Positions 11,854-25,789 of a DNA stretch of 64,000 nucleotides are shown here, in pieces (position 1 is the first letter of the stretch; each line of letters begins with the position of its first letter). Below the pieces are notes generated by a model. It saw only the letters and a list, made by a program, of their open reading frames with translations, made no database searches and had not been told where the DNA came from. A program made the translations under genes and the position numbers. This stretch comes from Lama glama (Eukaryota): contig CM052816.1 of NCBI GenBank assembly GCA_028534125.1, positions 89,034,001 to 89,098,000 on the forward strand. The letters are read 5' to 3'.

Positions 11854-12186
11854 AAAAAAAGACAGAAATGAACTTATTTACAAAACAGAGACTCAGACAA
11901 AGAAAACAAACTTATGGGTATGGGGTAGGGGAAGGGGGTGGGAAGGGATGAATTGGGAGTTTAGGGTTTGTAGATACTTATTACTATATATAAAATAGAT
12001 AATGACAAGGTCCTACTGTAGAGCACAGGGAGCTATATTCAGTATCTTGTAGTGACCTCTAATGAGAAAGAATATGAAAAGGAAAGGAATGTCTATCCTG
12101 AATTACTTTGCTGTACACCAGAAACTAACACACCATTGTATATCAACTGTACTTTATTAAAGTAATTAATTAATTAATTTTAAAAG
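11854..12186 (+). mobile_element. 5'-truncated cetartiodactyl-type L1 3' end with TSD
   Basis: 3' UTR motifs gaacttatttacaaaacag and actttgctgtacaccagaaactaacac. Perfect 13-bp TSD gtattacaggaga at 11841-11853 and 12187-12199. Confidence 0.9.
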
Positions 12187-12199
12187 GTATTACAGGAGA

Positions 12200-12980
12200 C
12201 TGACATTGCTTGCCCCAAAGAACCAGGCTTCCCAGCATTCTGTCTTTGTATAGTCATCTCCCACTTTGACTCTGGGCTTGGCAGCTAGTCCTGTTTTGGT
12301 CACTGAGAAATTAGTAAGCATATACATACACGTAGGTAAGTGATAAGCATTTGCACATTGGGGTGTGTTCTCTAGGAATGTTCCCCTTTAGGAATCAGCC
12401 TTCATGATGCAAATTGGCTTAGGAAATATTACTGAATTATGAGAGAAAATAGAGAGAGCCAGTGGAGTCTAAGAGAGTCTAAGAGAGCACCAGCCAAGCG
12501 TCTAGCTGACCTCTGCTATGTAGATGACTTCAGCTATGGCACACGGAACTGAGCCCAGTCAACACATAGAATCACAAAAATTAATAAATCTACAATCTTT
12601 TAAACCATAGAGTTAGGCAAACTTTCTGTAAAGGGCTAGATAGTAAATGTTTTAGGCTTTGTGGATTATACACTGTCTCCTAAATACTCAGTTCTGTCTT
12701 GTAACACACAAGCAACAGTAGACAACATGTCAACAAATGAACATGGCTGTGTCCTAATAAAACTTTATTAACAGACACAGGAATTTTATTTTCATATAAT
12801 TTTCACATGTCAGAAAATATGCTTTATGACCATTTAAGAGTATAAACACCTTTTTTGGCTCACTGGTGTACCAAAACAGGTGCTGCACCTAATTTGGACT
12901 TCAGGCTGTTGTTTTCTTAACCCCTGTTTTAAGCAACTAAATTTGCATCAGTTTGTTGCATATCCGTAGATAACAAGCAA
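12200..12980 (+). mobile_element. MLT1 (ERVL-MaLR) solo LTR, split by MER58
   Basis: The MaLR-like 3' end aataaat...ttttaagcaactaaatttg...gtttgttgcata...tagataac is interrupted at about 12606-12926. Confidence 0.7.
12606..12926 (+). mobile_element. MER58B-like hAT-Charlie element
   Basis: ggcaaactttctgtaaagggctagatagtaaatgttttaggctttgtgg...aataaaactttatt...aacccctg. Degenerate 8-bp TSD ctttaaac/ttttaagc. Confidence 0.85.
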
Positions 12981-15900
12981 AACTTGTTACTGGAAGTTGA
13001 GTGTTGCAATAAAGAACTTTGCTTGTTACATCTCAAGCCTTTAGTCCTTTATTCTAACTTGACTTTTATTTGGACCTTAATTCCATTTCCATCATGCAGC
13101 TCATGGATTTACCTTCTCTCCTAAGTTATAATCCAAGGTTAATTAAATATTACTTTTCAATTGATGGGGACAAAACTAACAAGGTTACTTTACTTGGTAT
13201 TTGCAAGCTGTAGTTCCATACTTGTGGGGAATTATTTTACAGACCACTACGAAAACCAACGGTTGAAAGTTTTATGATTAGGTCCAAATAACCCCATCAT
13301 CTTCCTGTTTCCTAAGACAGCTGTCTGAATCCATGTATTGCTCATGCTGATTCAACTTTCGGTTCTTGGTTAGAATATTTCTTTGTCTAGTCTTTGAGCC
13401 ACAGCCTTAGGATCAGAAGATGCTGTGTCTTGCCCTTGCAGTAGCCAACAAAATGCAGCCTCCATATTCTGACCTTCATAGTTGACCAGATCATTTTTGT
13501 GGAAATAACCAATAATTTGTATATAACTGAAAGGTAATAAAATATTTCTATTTTTATTGTATTACCTTATTTTAGTGTCTAATACAAGGATTTTATTTCC
13601 ATTTTAAGATAGCAGTTTGACTTTAAAAGCTATCTCGAATTGATTTGTTGAGACAGACTTCTTCTCTCATTGTCACTCAGATCTTAAACAGCAGAGTTAA
13701 AGGTTTTTGTTTGCTGATGTCTCACCTATAGTGACTACATACCTTTGAATCTTTTACTGAAGAGTCTTTATTTTGAAGTTTCATTTATCTGTTAATACAA
13801 TGGATACAGCTCAAGGATGTATCTCCAGGGCTTTTCTTATAGGTTTCTATTGAGTTTAAATGTGGCTTTTAGTATAAACTATAAAGAAGCATGATTCAGT
13901 TAAAGAGAAGAATTATTTTTTCTCTATTGTTTCTTTAATTAATTGTAATGTAAAGGCTTGGTAACAAGTGACAAAGAGTCAAACTTATCTATGACCTTAT
14001 TTTTAGATTTACTGTTAAACATAGGTTTAGGGTTATATCAATAAAATGTGTGTTTATTCTTCCCATATATTTTTAAAAAAGTTATGTCCTAAAAATAGCA
14101 TAGATAACTTTAGCCTGTACCAGTGACTGATTTTGCTTCAGTGATAAGTGATAAGTGAAATATATATGTACTGTGCGACTGTCAAATTGAAGTAAAATTC
14201 TTGATAAGAGGTCTGATTTAAATTGTAATGTAGCTGTCCTGTAGATCTGTGGCAGGAAAAAGTGATTGGGATTTATAAACCTTGGCCATAACCAAGATTT
14301 AGAAAGTAGAGACAAAGGTAAGTCAAATTTTTCAGATTATAACAAAACAGCCTGCCAAATAAATACGAGGATTTGTGCATAAAGCCCATTAAAACTGTCC
14401 CTGCTGCCCAATGTCCTTCAGTCACTTTAGGTAGAATTATATTTCTCCATTCCCTTAGATGTCAGAGAAAACACTCCTGAGGGAATTCTCTTGGTTGACA
14501 GGGAAGATTATTTCATGATAATCATCCTTGGTTTATGACACAAGAAGAGACAGTAAAATTACTGGCAATTACTCTTAACTGTTCCTACTTGGGCAAATCC
14601 AGGAAAATAGAACATAATTACTTCCACTGGTTTACATTGCTTTTTCCAATCTATAGATTTTCAGATTAGATGAGAACATTGGGTTGGTCAATCTATTTGG
14701 TCCAGGTTTTCCCTCCCACTCCTAAATAAGCAGGGATTTTTAATCCCAGGTCCTCCTTCCCAGAGGACAACTTTTTTTTTTATTGGTAGGAGATCTATTT
14801 ATTCTTGTTGATCCCTAATTTTCCCTCCCTTAATGGTCCTAAAACATTTTCAGTTCTTTAGTATCCCCTAGTCTCTTGCCACGGTCTTTTTTCTTAAGTC
14901 CTTAGTGTGTGTCACTAGTCACTTTATTCCTTCTAGGTTCATGTTTCAAACCAGCAGTGAGCCAGTGGTGAACAGAGAAAGGAAAGACATAAAAAAAATG
15001 CCCTAATGCCAAGTGACTGTAACACAATCAAAACTTTTACAACTTCAGGATTGATTTCTTCTTAGCAGATTCTCCATGAAAGATGTTCCTGTTAGTTCAT
15101 CCGTTTTGAACTGCAACACGAAAAGTTGCTCCCCATCTGTTATCTAAGACTTAGTCAACCCTAGGCCCTAGATGAGGGAGTGACTTGCTATGAAATTTTA
15201 AGAGCTGGAATAGGAGAAAAAATCAGCCACAATAACTATTTAATGTAATATATTCTTTTACTGCAATCTTCAGATCATTATTTGGATAATCTGAAATCCC
15301 ATATTTATATAGGCAAATTAGCATGTAGGATTTTCAAAACCATTTCAACAAACATCTGATGGCATTTCTTCCATGACATATCTGACTGGAAAATTTTTCA
15401 CTTATTTGGTAACTCTGATTTTATTTTTATAGTTGTTACTTTTATAACAAGAACAGCTCCATTTTATTTTTTGCCTGCCCTAACCTCCTTCCTAAGATGT
15501 AGACTGACTGTCAAATATCAATAAAAATATTCTTTATCAACATTCCTATTCTATCGTCTCTAATCCTTTTCCCTTGTACATTGAATAATTCTAAAATTTT
15601 GCAAAATCCAAGTTAACCATAATTATAAATAGTCACACAATCTTACACAGCATTTAACAGATATAAATGAAAAGGAGCAAGTTAGCAAAATCCTCCTTAA
15701 AGAAATAAACTCCAACATGAATAAAAGAACTTCATAATTTATAAGATGTTTAATTTTATTTAACTGATTTTAACCACATCACATATTCAGCATTAACAAA
15801 GCAAACGATCTGAGATACAAAATAGTTACTCTCAACAGAAATAGACATTTAGATGATAACATTATCACTGGATTCTCCATAAGTCATTTATATCCCATTG

Positions 15901-16429
15901 GATTTTTTAATAACAAGGAAATGGTATTTAAATTCTTCAGGGCAAATAGTATTCTCTTTTCCATGTGTTATTATCCAGTGAATATCAGTACCTAAGTTAG
16001 ATTTAATGACATTTGGAGTTTCCATACTCATTTCTCCACATACTCCATCCCAAACTTAAATTTTATTTCTTATTTTTTAAAAGGTGATATTTAAATTAAT
16101 ATATTTTATAATACCTATGATGGAAGATTTTTTAAAAATGTAAAGTAAGCCTAATGGTACTTTAAAAGAAAAAAACATAGGCTTTAAGTAAGAAATAAAT
16201 CGAAAGCTAATACGTCTATGTGCCCTTAACATACACTTATCTTTAGAAGATAAATGGAATGTAAGTACTTGGTTCCTTGCATAATTTTTATTGTAGAAAC
16301 ATAACATATTTTGTACAAAGATAGAAGAAAACTAATTAGCATTAAAAGTATCATTCTACATATTTAGAACTTTACATAGAACAAGTGGAGGCATAGATAT
16401 AGTTGGGCAATCTTAAAAAGTGTTCAAAT

Positions 16430-17400
16430 AATATAAATGATAAAAAATAAGTAAGCAAATGTTTCCTTATAGAAATCAACTCCTATATGGACAAGGACTA
16501 TTAATGAAGGGTAGCTTTTGAACAAAAACCTGAAGAAAATAAAGTTGCTGGACAAGAGGATACTTGGGTAAGAAGTATTTTAAGTAGTGGAACCAACAAA
16601 TGCAATGTCTGTGAGTTGTTACAGAATAGCAAGTAGACCATGATGAGTGGGTGCAGTGAGCCAGGGGTAAAGACCAGTGAAACAGGCTGAAGTCAGAGCA
16701 CTAATGGGGCCACATTCTGGAAGGCTTTGGAAAACACAATAGGGACTATGACATTCAGCATGAGGGAGAAGGCTAACTAATGTAGCATTTTTAGAAATGT
16801 GTAAAGTATTTGGCTTAATTTTAACAGGATCATTCTTGAGGACAAACTTACAACATGAAAAGAGTAAAATCAGGGAGACATTTCTTAGAGGTTGTTGGAT
16901 TAATCAAAGAGAAAGGTATAGGAGCTTAGACAGGGTGGTGAAAATAAAGAAGTTAGATGTGATCAGTTACAAATGTATTTTCAAGGTCAAGTCAACAAAA
17001 TTTTCAGATGGATTAAATGATACTAAATTTTTTGTTTTATTTCTAAAAGCAATTGGAAAGGAGGAATGTGATGAGGTATAGTTTCTGGGTAGACAATCAG
17101 ATCCCTGAATAAGAAGAAAGAATGTTAAATATTGGTATTTATCCCACAGGTGACTATGATAAAAGTCACCCGTTGGTACTAACATGTTGGCAGACTGTTA
17201 AAATGGAAAAGGCAAGGAGGCTCTTGGAGGACATAGAGGAAAAATAATTTTCATAGGAAGATAAGGATTTGGCAATCAATATCCATTGATTAATAAAACA
17301 AATATTTATGAGCATGTTTTAAATACCAGTCATTCTAGGCATGATGAATAGAGCATTCAACCATAGAGAGAAAATAGACTCTCTCCAAGATCAAAAATAC
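16430..17400 (-). mobile_element. L2 LINE fragments
   Basis: Purine-rich, degenerate L2-like body. An L2 3'-end motif (aacaaatatttatgagcat) lies at about 17295-17315. Confidence 0.6.
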
Positions 17401-17576
17401 TTATGATAATAGTTTTCATTCATGGTAAAAGTACTAATCTGTTACTGGAAGAGGGAAGAGAGGGTGAAATGGTGGTCACAATCTCTGCTCTTGTGCATTT
17501 CACGTTGAAAAGGGGTAGGGACGTGTGTATGTGCGTGTGGTTAAAGCATCATATAACATATAATGTGGAAACAAGC

Positions 17577-17975
17577 TATTATGGACTGAATTGTGCCACC
17601 CACCCCCAACACACACACAAAATTCACGTTAAATGTCCTAACCTCCACAGTGACTATATTTGAAGATAGGGCTTTTATGATGGTAAATAAGATTAAATAA
17701 AGTTATAAGGGTGGGGCCCTATCTGAAAGGATTGGTGTTCTTTTAAGAAGAGGAAGAGATACCAAAAACCCCTCTTTGCACGTGCAAAAAGGAAGGTTTA
17801 TGTTAAGACACAGAGAGCAGGTGGTATTTGGCAAGCCAAGAAGAGATATCTCACCAGAAACCAATCCTGCAGACTTCTTGATCGTCTGTCTCCAGAACTA
17901 TGAGAAAATAAAATTATATTATTTAAGCGATCTAGTCTGTGTTATTCTTTTATGGCAGCCCTAGCAGACAACATT
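17577..17975 (+). mobile_element. MLT1A/B-type solo LTR
   Basis: tatggactgaattgtg...gactatatttgaagatagggc...ccagaactatgagaaaataaa...tatggcagccctagcagac. Confidence 0.85.
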
Positions 17976-20900
17976 TTACATTACACTGTCACTGGTTTTT
18001 TTTTTTATTTCATTTCTGTGTCATGTTAACAATCAATGTTTAATGCACATAATAGAAAGTAAACTGGTAAATTTAGTGGACATAAAGCTAACACAGGGTC
18101 TTTGGTGCTTATACAAATTTTGGAAAGGCTAAAGAACACAGACTTTAGGTTGGACTGTATGAATACTCTGAACAGCACCTAGAATTATTCTGCCAGAGAA
18201 CTGTTAACTTTCGAACCATTTAGACACCAGAGAGTTAGAAAGCACTGATTGATAATCGCCGTCATGGCTGCTGGCTCTAAGATTACTCTCACTTGGCTGT
18301 GTATAATCCTGATTTGGGAAGACCCAGACTTCTTGTTAACTTCTGTTAGCTCCAGAACAATGCTGCACCTCTAAGATTCTTATTAGTCATCTGGAGGTCT
18401 TAGAACCCTCTTTCTCTCCTTAACTAAGTTCTGAATTCAGGTTTCATGTAAATTGTTCTGATGGTCAAAAGTTACCAAGAAACCGAGTTGCAAGGAGATC
18501 TTCTAAACGCTAGATTCAAGAAGGTGTGACAATGCAGACTCTGGATATCTAGCCCTTGCAGTCCAGGAGGGCACATTTGGAAGTTGAAAGAGACTTTGGG
18601 TGCTATTCTACCATACCTAACTACTAATTAGGAAAATTAAGTATTAATTATGAAATAAAAAGCACTCCTAATGAATAGCTGATTGTCAGAATTTTTTTGT
18701 GAGATGACCACAGGCATGTTGATGTTGGAATAACAGAGAAAGAACTGCAAACAGGTTAGTGATAATGATCCTAATATTTATATTAAATATTCTCATGAGA
18801 GAAGCAACGGATAGGTCAGGATGCTGTTCTTTGTGAAGATACATGGAGAATTCATAGCACTGTTTTGATTTCCTACTATCTAACTTCAAAAGAATGCCTT
18901 CTTATTAAAATCTGTTCATATGTTAAAGCCTAAGGGAAGCTGCTGAATTAAATACATCAGAATGAATAAATCACCACCTTGGGTACTTTTTCAATTGATC
19001 TCCAAGAAGTGTTGCAACTCTTCAGTAACCTTTGTGATATTTTTAAAATAAGTGATATGAGTTAATATGCCCTTTTCTATACATGAAAATAAAACTACTC
19101 TAAACTTAATAGAATAATAGGATAAATGTTCAATTTTGCTTTTTGTCTTTTTTCTCTATTCAGTGGATTTTTTCAGAGTATTTTTACTATGAACTTTAAA
19201 CAGCAGGTAGCCTATGGATGGACCCCAGAGTTCTATAGATTATATGAAACTGTGTGCATTTTTTAGTGTAAGATGATTTTCTAGGCAAAGGAAGGACAAC
19301 AACATTTGTTAGATCATATTTCGACATCTGTAACCCCAAAATGCTTAAAAATCACTTTTTATACAAATCTTTCACTTTTCTCTAAATGAAATTAATTAGC
19401 CCTTGGGGAGCTAGAACGTGTATGATTTTGGTCTCACAAACATCGTTCTCCAATCGAGTTAACTGGGGCATCATGGTGATCTCAATCCAGTACTAATCTT
19501 TTCAGAAGCATCTTGTATTTATTAAGTGCATTTTTACATTTAATTTAATTTCCTTGAGAATTTCATTAAAGTAAGATTTTTTTTTTTTAAGAGAGAGACT
19601 CAGAATTAGCCCTCAGTGAGGAGATAACTTCTTATCTTATTTTAACAAGCTTTTTATTTTTTGTGGGAATTGAGATTGGGCAATAGGTTGTAAGGATTAA
19701 CCAGCTGAAAATGTAATACTCACTGTGCAGTCATAAGAGAGGAATTTAATCTTTAAGACTACAAGGAATGTGATCTAGAACTCAATGCAATTTACTTTAT
19801 TTCTGATATTAGACTCTGTAAACAAAGGTGCAGTATAACAAAGATAATGAGTCTAAGGAATGCCCATTTTGAGAATAGAATGTCTTAATGGAATTTATGT
19901 GTTTATGGTGTCTTAATTTGTTCTTGAACTTAATATAATTTTTCTCACTTAACTCAAATAGGTCCTTAGCATTAAGGTTTGTTTGATTTGAACCTCTTAT
20001 TTAGTTTTGGTTCCACACACTCAGTTAATTCATTTCTTGAATAATTTTCTAAGAGTAAATATAATTTAATTACTAGTTTGAATATGTCTCCTAGAGTCAA
20101 TGGCTATTAGTAACCTTGCAAATTGCCCATTTATAAAAAATTTCTAACCACTGATTTTCAGCTTATGGGATACCCTGTATTTCCAGTGATGATTCTCTGG
20201 AGACCATTTCCTTTGTTGGTTTATAGACATTAATGACTTGAAGTATTACATCTCCATTCATATATATGTAAATTATTGAAAGTATGAAGAAACTTTCTAA
20301 ATTCTTTTGACTAGGACCTGTTGACTTTGAAGACTGGATGGGATGAGGTCATCAGAAAACCAAAACCCAAGTGTAAGAAAATAAAATATACGAAATCACA
20401 TCCTCACCAAAACTAAAAGCATAGCCAACTTACAGTTTAGGGAGGACTCCTGTTTTTAGTCAGTAGGACTGTTCCAAAGTATATTACTTAGAAAACGCAG
20501 CTGAGCTGCAGAAACATGTATTTTGATTGTTAGGATTTCACAATTTGGGGTGGCTGTTTCCTTGAAGCTTCATTATGGGTCTCTCCACTGCAGCTCTTAC
20601 CAATGGTCAATCATTCAATTTTATATAAATATTGTTAATACGCATACAACCATGTAGACAAATATAAAACATACAGAATTATTATAAGTAAAAAGCAAAG
20701 ATGGCTACCCTAGTAGCTACCACCTAGAAACCAAGAAATAAAACTATGACAGCTCCAAATCTGTTTTATGTGCCCAATCACAGTTAGAGTCCATCCTCTC
20801 TCTCCAAGTGGAAACACTTCCTTGACTGCAGTCACCTCCTTATGTTTCTTCATGTCCATTCCAATTTGTTACAGTTAAAAGGTATCTCTATTAAAAAAAA

Positions 20901-21109
20901 AAAAAAGCTCCAGAGTTGTTTATATCTCTGATCTTAGAAATCTTATTCTTATGATAATCCAAAATGAACCTTTACCTTGCTAAGATTTGCTCTTTTTTCC
21001 TGAAGATACACTGTTAGGCTATTCTTTTTCCCAGAACACAGTTTCCAGTAATTGTGTTGGTATAATGTTCTAATCATTTACTTCTGTGGGTTAAATTTAT
21101 AATTTGTTT

Positions 21110-21300
21110 TACTTTGGTCTTCTCAAACTAAAGTCCCCAAACCATTGTCATAAAAATCACCACAGAATTGGTTAGACATGTATATTCTTAGAACTTGTTC
21201 CAAATCCACTGAATAAAAAACTCCAAGGTAGGGTACTGTCATCTTCCTTTCATTGCCAACTTCCCATGTAATTACATATTCACATCTTTTAAATCACCAT
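21110..21300. mobile_element. MER5-like hAT-Charlie fragment
   Basis: ttctcaaact...aatcacc...gttagacatgtatattct...cactgaat resembles MER5. Confidence 0.5.
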
Positions 21301-21979
21301 GGGTGGGCAACTCTGAACTGTAATAAAGACAGCAGGGATGAACATGAAATCAATTTAGGAATTTAACTTATCTCCTTTTAATCTTAATTTTCTTTTTCCT
21401 AGTCATCTTCTCTTCTTCCTTTCTCCATTCCTCAATTTTTACAATAACGACAAAGTTTTTCAGATGACAAAGAAATTACCAAGAAAATGTGGATGGCTTA
21501 GACTATACTACCATGATCAAGGTTTGCAGAATAGACTTCTTGAAATAGAAAAGATAATCCTGCCAATTTCCCCAGTTCATTCATGTCTATACATCAAAAA
21601 TGTTTCCTTCTCACCAAGTACTCAAAAACGGAAATGAAGGCTAGCTTGGGGGATTCTGTGCAGACTGAGATGGAAACTAAACTTTCAGGCAACTTCTGCT
21701 CTGTTTTTCATTCTCATTTCTAGACATCATTTTGCTTGGAATAGATGTGACTAACAACTGATGCAGTATCACTGATACCACCTGTCACATAATAGGATGT
21801 GCATCCTCATCTGATATCTCTCTTCTGAGACGGTCACATGAAGAGAAAGCCATAAAACTAATAGAGTAATAGTGGCAAATAAGCTGAGTACAGGGAGTGT
21901 TTCAAAAAAGGAGAACTTCAGTTTCAAATGCAGGTGAAAGATCAAATAGCATAAGATATACAAATCCATTGGCTTCTTT

Positions 21980-23556
21980 TCCCTGTTTTAAATGAAGTAT
22001 AGTCAGTTTACAGTGTTTTATCAGTTTCTGGTGTACAGCATAATGTTTCAGTCATACATACACATACACACATTCCTTTTCATATTCTTTTTCATTATAG
22101 GTTGCTACAAGATATTGAACAAGTTCTCTGTTCTATACAGAAGAAACTTGTTGTTTATCTATTTTATATATAATAGCTAGTATCTGCAAATCTGAAACTC
22201 CCAATTTACCCCTTCACACCCCCTTTTTTTCCTTGGTAACCATAAGTTTGTTTTCTATGTCTATGAGTCAATTTCTGTTTTGTTAGTAAGTTCATTGTCT
22301 TTTTCTTTTTTCCTTTTTTTAGATTCCACATATGAGTGATATCATATGGTATTTTTCTTGCTCTTTCTGGCTTACTTCACTTAGAATGACCCTCTCCAGT
22401 TCCATCCCTGTTGCTGCAAATGGCATTATTTTATTTTTTATGGCTGAGTAGTATCCCATTGTATAAATATACCATAGCTTCTTTATCCAGTCATCTGTCG
22501 ATGGACATTTAGGTTGCTTCCATGTTTTGGCTATTGTAAATAGGGCTGCTAGGAACATTGGGGTGTATGTATCTTTTCAAATTAGAGTTCCCTCTGAATA
22601 TATGACCAGGAATGGGATTGCTGGATCATAGGATAAGTCTATTTTTAGTTTTTTGAGGAATCTCCATACTGTTTTCCATTATGGCTGCACCAAACTACAT
22701 TCCCACCAACAGTGTAGGAGGGTTCCCTTTTTCTCCACATCCTCTCCAGCATTCATTATTTGTGGACTTTTGAATGATGGCCATTCTGACTGGAATGAGG
22801 TGATACCTCATTGTAGTTTTGATTTGCATTTCTCTGATAATCAGAGAGCATTTTTGAGCATTTTTTTCATGTGCCTATTGGCCATTTGTCTGTCTTCATT
22901 GGAGAATTGCTTGTTTAGGTCTTCTGCCCATTTTTGGATTGGGTTGTTTGGTTTTTTGTTATTAAGTTGTATGAGCTGTTTATATATTCTGGAAATTAAG
23001 CCCTTGTCAGTCTCAGAATTTACAAATATTTTCTCCCATTTTGTAGGTTGTCATTTTGTTTTGTTTATGGTTTCCTTTGCTGTGCAAAAGCTGTCAGTTT
23101 AATCAGGTCCCATTTGTTTATTTTTGTTTTTATTTCTATTGTCTGGTAGGCAGATGACATTATACTCTATATAGAAAACCCTAAAGGCTCTACACAAAAA
23201 CTACTAGTGCTCATAAAACAATTTGACAAGGTAGCAGTATACAAGATTAATATACAGAAGTTAGTTGCATTTCTTTACACTAACAATGAAATGTCAGAAA
23301 AGAAAAATAAAGAAACAATCCCTTATAAGATTCATACAAAAAAATAAAATACTGAAGAATAAACCTGACCAAGGAGATAAAAGACTTATATGCAGATAAT
23401 TACAGAAAATTGATCAAGGAAATTAAAAATTATTTAAAGAAATGGGAAGAGATTCCATGCTCTTGGATTGGAAGAATTAATATTGTTAAAATGGCCATAG
23501 TACTTCAAGCAATCTATAGACTTACTGGGATCTCCATCAAATTACCCAGGGCATTT
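21980..23556 (-). mobile_element. 5'-inverted (twin-primed) L1: 3' part on minus (~21980-23148), ORF2 RT piece on plus (~23149-23556)
   Basis: Minus: ORF2 C-terminus MFLAALFTIAKTWKQPKCPS and the 3' UTR. Plus: ADDIILYIENPK...[16 protein letters not shown]...KLPRAF. 15-bp TSD at 21965-21979 / 23557-23571 with 2 mismatches. Confidence 0.92.
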
Positions 23557-24525
23557 TCCATTGACTTTTTTAACATGGACAATACAGATTCCCCCATCAA
23601 GAGCTTATTCACATATTGATGAGGGCAGTAACCACCTTGGGAAGGATTCATGAGTGAGCATGAGATGAGGGCATTTTGAGAAATTTCAGTGGCGATATAT
23701 TTTTAAAATTTTGTCCCTGAAGGTGAACAGACATGATATTATTGCTAGATATAGACAGATAAGGTGACAGTTCTTGGTTGTTTTTGTTGTCATGCTCATT
23801 GTACTTACACTGAGAAGAGTTTAATCGTGTTCAGATTTTGATGAGCAGTATTATGTAGCATATGATCCTTTGAAGGCCTAAGAAGGGAATAACTGGTTGT
23901 GTAAGGGTCTTTATAGAAGTGGAGCGTGGGGAAATTACATTTTCTTTATTGAATCTGGAAGAAGCTAAGAGAGAATGAATAAAAATTAAGATGTGTTTTT
24001 TGTTTAAAAACAGCAAATTAAAATAAAAGAACATCCCCAACTGGCGTTTTCTATTTTCTCTGTTAAGTGGGAGGTGAGAGGGTTTGCTTAAAGTGAGAGA
24101 ATAGTTATAGGAAGGATATGGATATTGAGGAGATTGGAAAAGGGCTGAAATTGTTAGGACAATGGCTGGGATCTTCAGACTTTATTTGGAACAGAGTTGA
24201 AATTAGTAAATTTATAGTAACACTAATCTGTCCTGTTGCTTGATTATTTTATGGCAGCTTTAAATAGAGAAAGGGACTAAGTGGATTATTATAGATTTAG
24301 AGTTTGGATATATTGAATAAACCACAAAATGATGAGAAACAATAAAATACTAGGAAAGAAAATTTATGCATAAGATTATCACTGTTATTATTATTTGCCA
24401 ACAATAAATGGCAAGAGGATTTAGACAAACAGGCTGGAAAAACACCAGAATGTGAGCAAGACGTGAAATAATTGATTAGTGGTTTTGTAGGATAGCAATT
24501 TCTACTCCATGAACAATTTGATGAA

Positions 24526-25025
24526 NNNNNNNNNNNNNNNNNNNNNNNNNNNNNNNNNNNNNNNNNNNNNNNNNNNNNNNNNNNNNNNNNNNNNNNNNNN
24601 NNNNNNNNNNNNNNNNNNNNNNNNNNNNNNNNNNNNNNNNNNNNNNNNNNNNNNNNNNNNNNNNNNNNNNNNNNNNNNNNNNNNNNNNNNNNNNNNNNNN
24701 NNNNNNNNNNNNNNNNNNNNNNNNNNNNNNNNNNNNNNNNNNNNNNNNNNNNNNNNNNNNNNNNNNNNNNNNNNNNNNNNNNNNNNNNNNNNNNNNNNNN
24801 NNNNNNNNNNNNNNNNNNNNNNNNNNNNNNNNNNNNNNNNNNNNNNNNNNNNNNNNNNNNNNNNNNNNNNNNNNNNNNNNNNNNNNNNNNNNNNNNNNNN
24901 NNNNNNNNNNNNNNNNNNNNNNNNNNNNNNNNNNNNNNNNNNNNNNNNNNNNNNNNNNNNNNNNNNNNNNNNNNNNNNNNNNNNNNNNNNNNNNNNNNNN
25001 NNNNNNNNNNNNNNNNNNNNNNNNN
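24526..25025. other. Assembly gap (500 N)
   Basis: Run of N. Confidence 1.
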
Positions 25026-25789
25026 TGAAATCCCAAGTAGAAAAGAAGCAATCTTTGTTATACCAAATCTCTAAATATTATTCCTTTGAATCAACATTAT
25101 GAAATATACAACTTATGCAAATTAAACCCAAATAATAAGAATCTGTAAACATAATGTAATCATTCATCTCCTACAATTGAAAATGACACAGAGGAATTTT
25201 CCCTTTATTAGTTTCCAGAATTATGTATTTTTTCAAACTGAAGATACTTCAAACTTCGTTACGAACCCCAAAATGAGTGTCTTAGTAGTAAACTCTACAA
25301 GACTCTCTGAATGCTTTCAGAAACAAATACATAGGAGAATAAATAAATCAAAATGTGCGTTTTATTTTTCAGTCTTTCTTCAAAGAACTCAAAAGCAGCG
25401 GTAACAGATTCCTAAGTAATAGTAAATAATGTCTCAGAAAGAGAAATGAGTCTATTTCAAAATTATAAAAATGACTACTCTTGAGTATACTGTTTTCAAA
25501 AGGGGCATTTTAACTTGTTTGAAATAAATTATTAAATATGGTACCGCTAGTTAATACATATTTAATTAACTGAAGTTTAAATTACTTACCTTTTTATTTC
25601 TGCCATTCACAGAAACTTTTTATATATAGCATTTAAGTTTTAGCCTTACTAAGTGTGGTAAATAAAACCATTTTTATTTGCCTGTCATAAAAACATACAT
25701 TTCTGTGACAGGCAACAGTCATTAGGAACTTACGATATTTCAAACACTAAAATGCTAGAGAAAGGGAAAGGAGTAGGCTTGAAGAAGAC

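Noticed and set aside
15160..15255. Possible MER91-like hAT fragment
   Set aside because: The similarity is too faint to support by eye.
22653..23102. 149-aa plus-strand ORF
   Set aside because: It is the antisense reading of L1 ORF2, a common spurious ORF.
24476..25102. Long ORFs of 191 and 197 aa
   Set aside because: They are artefacts of translating the N gap.
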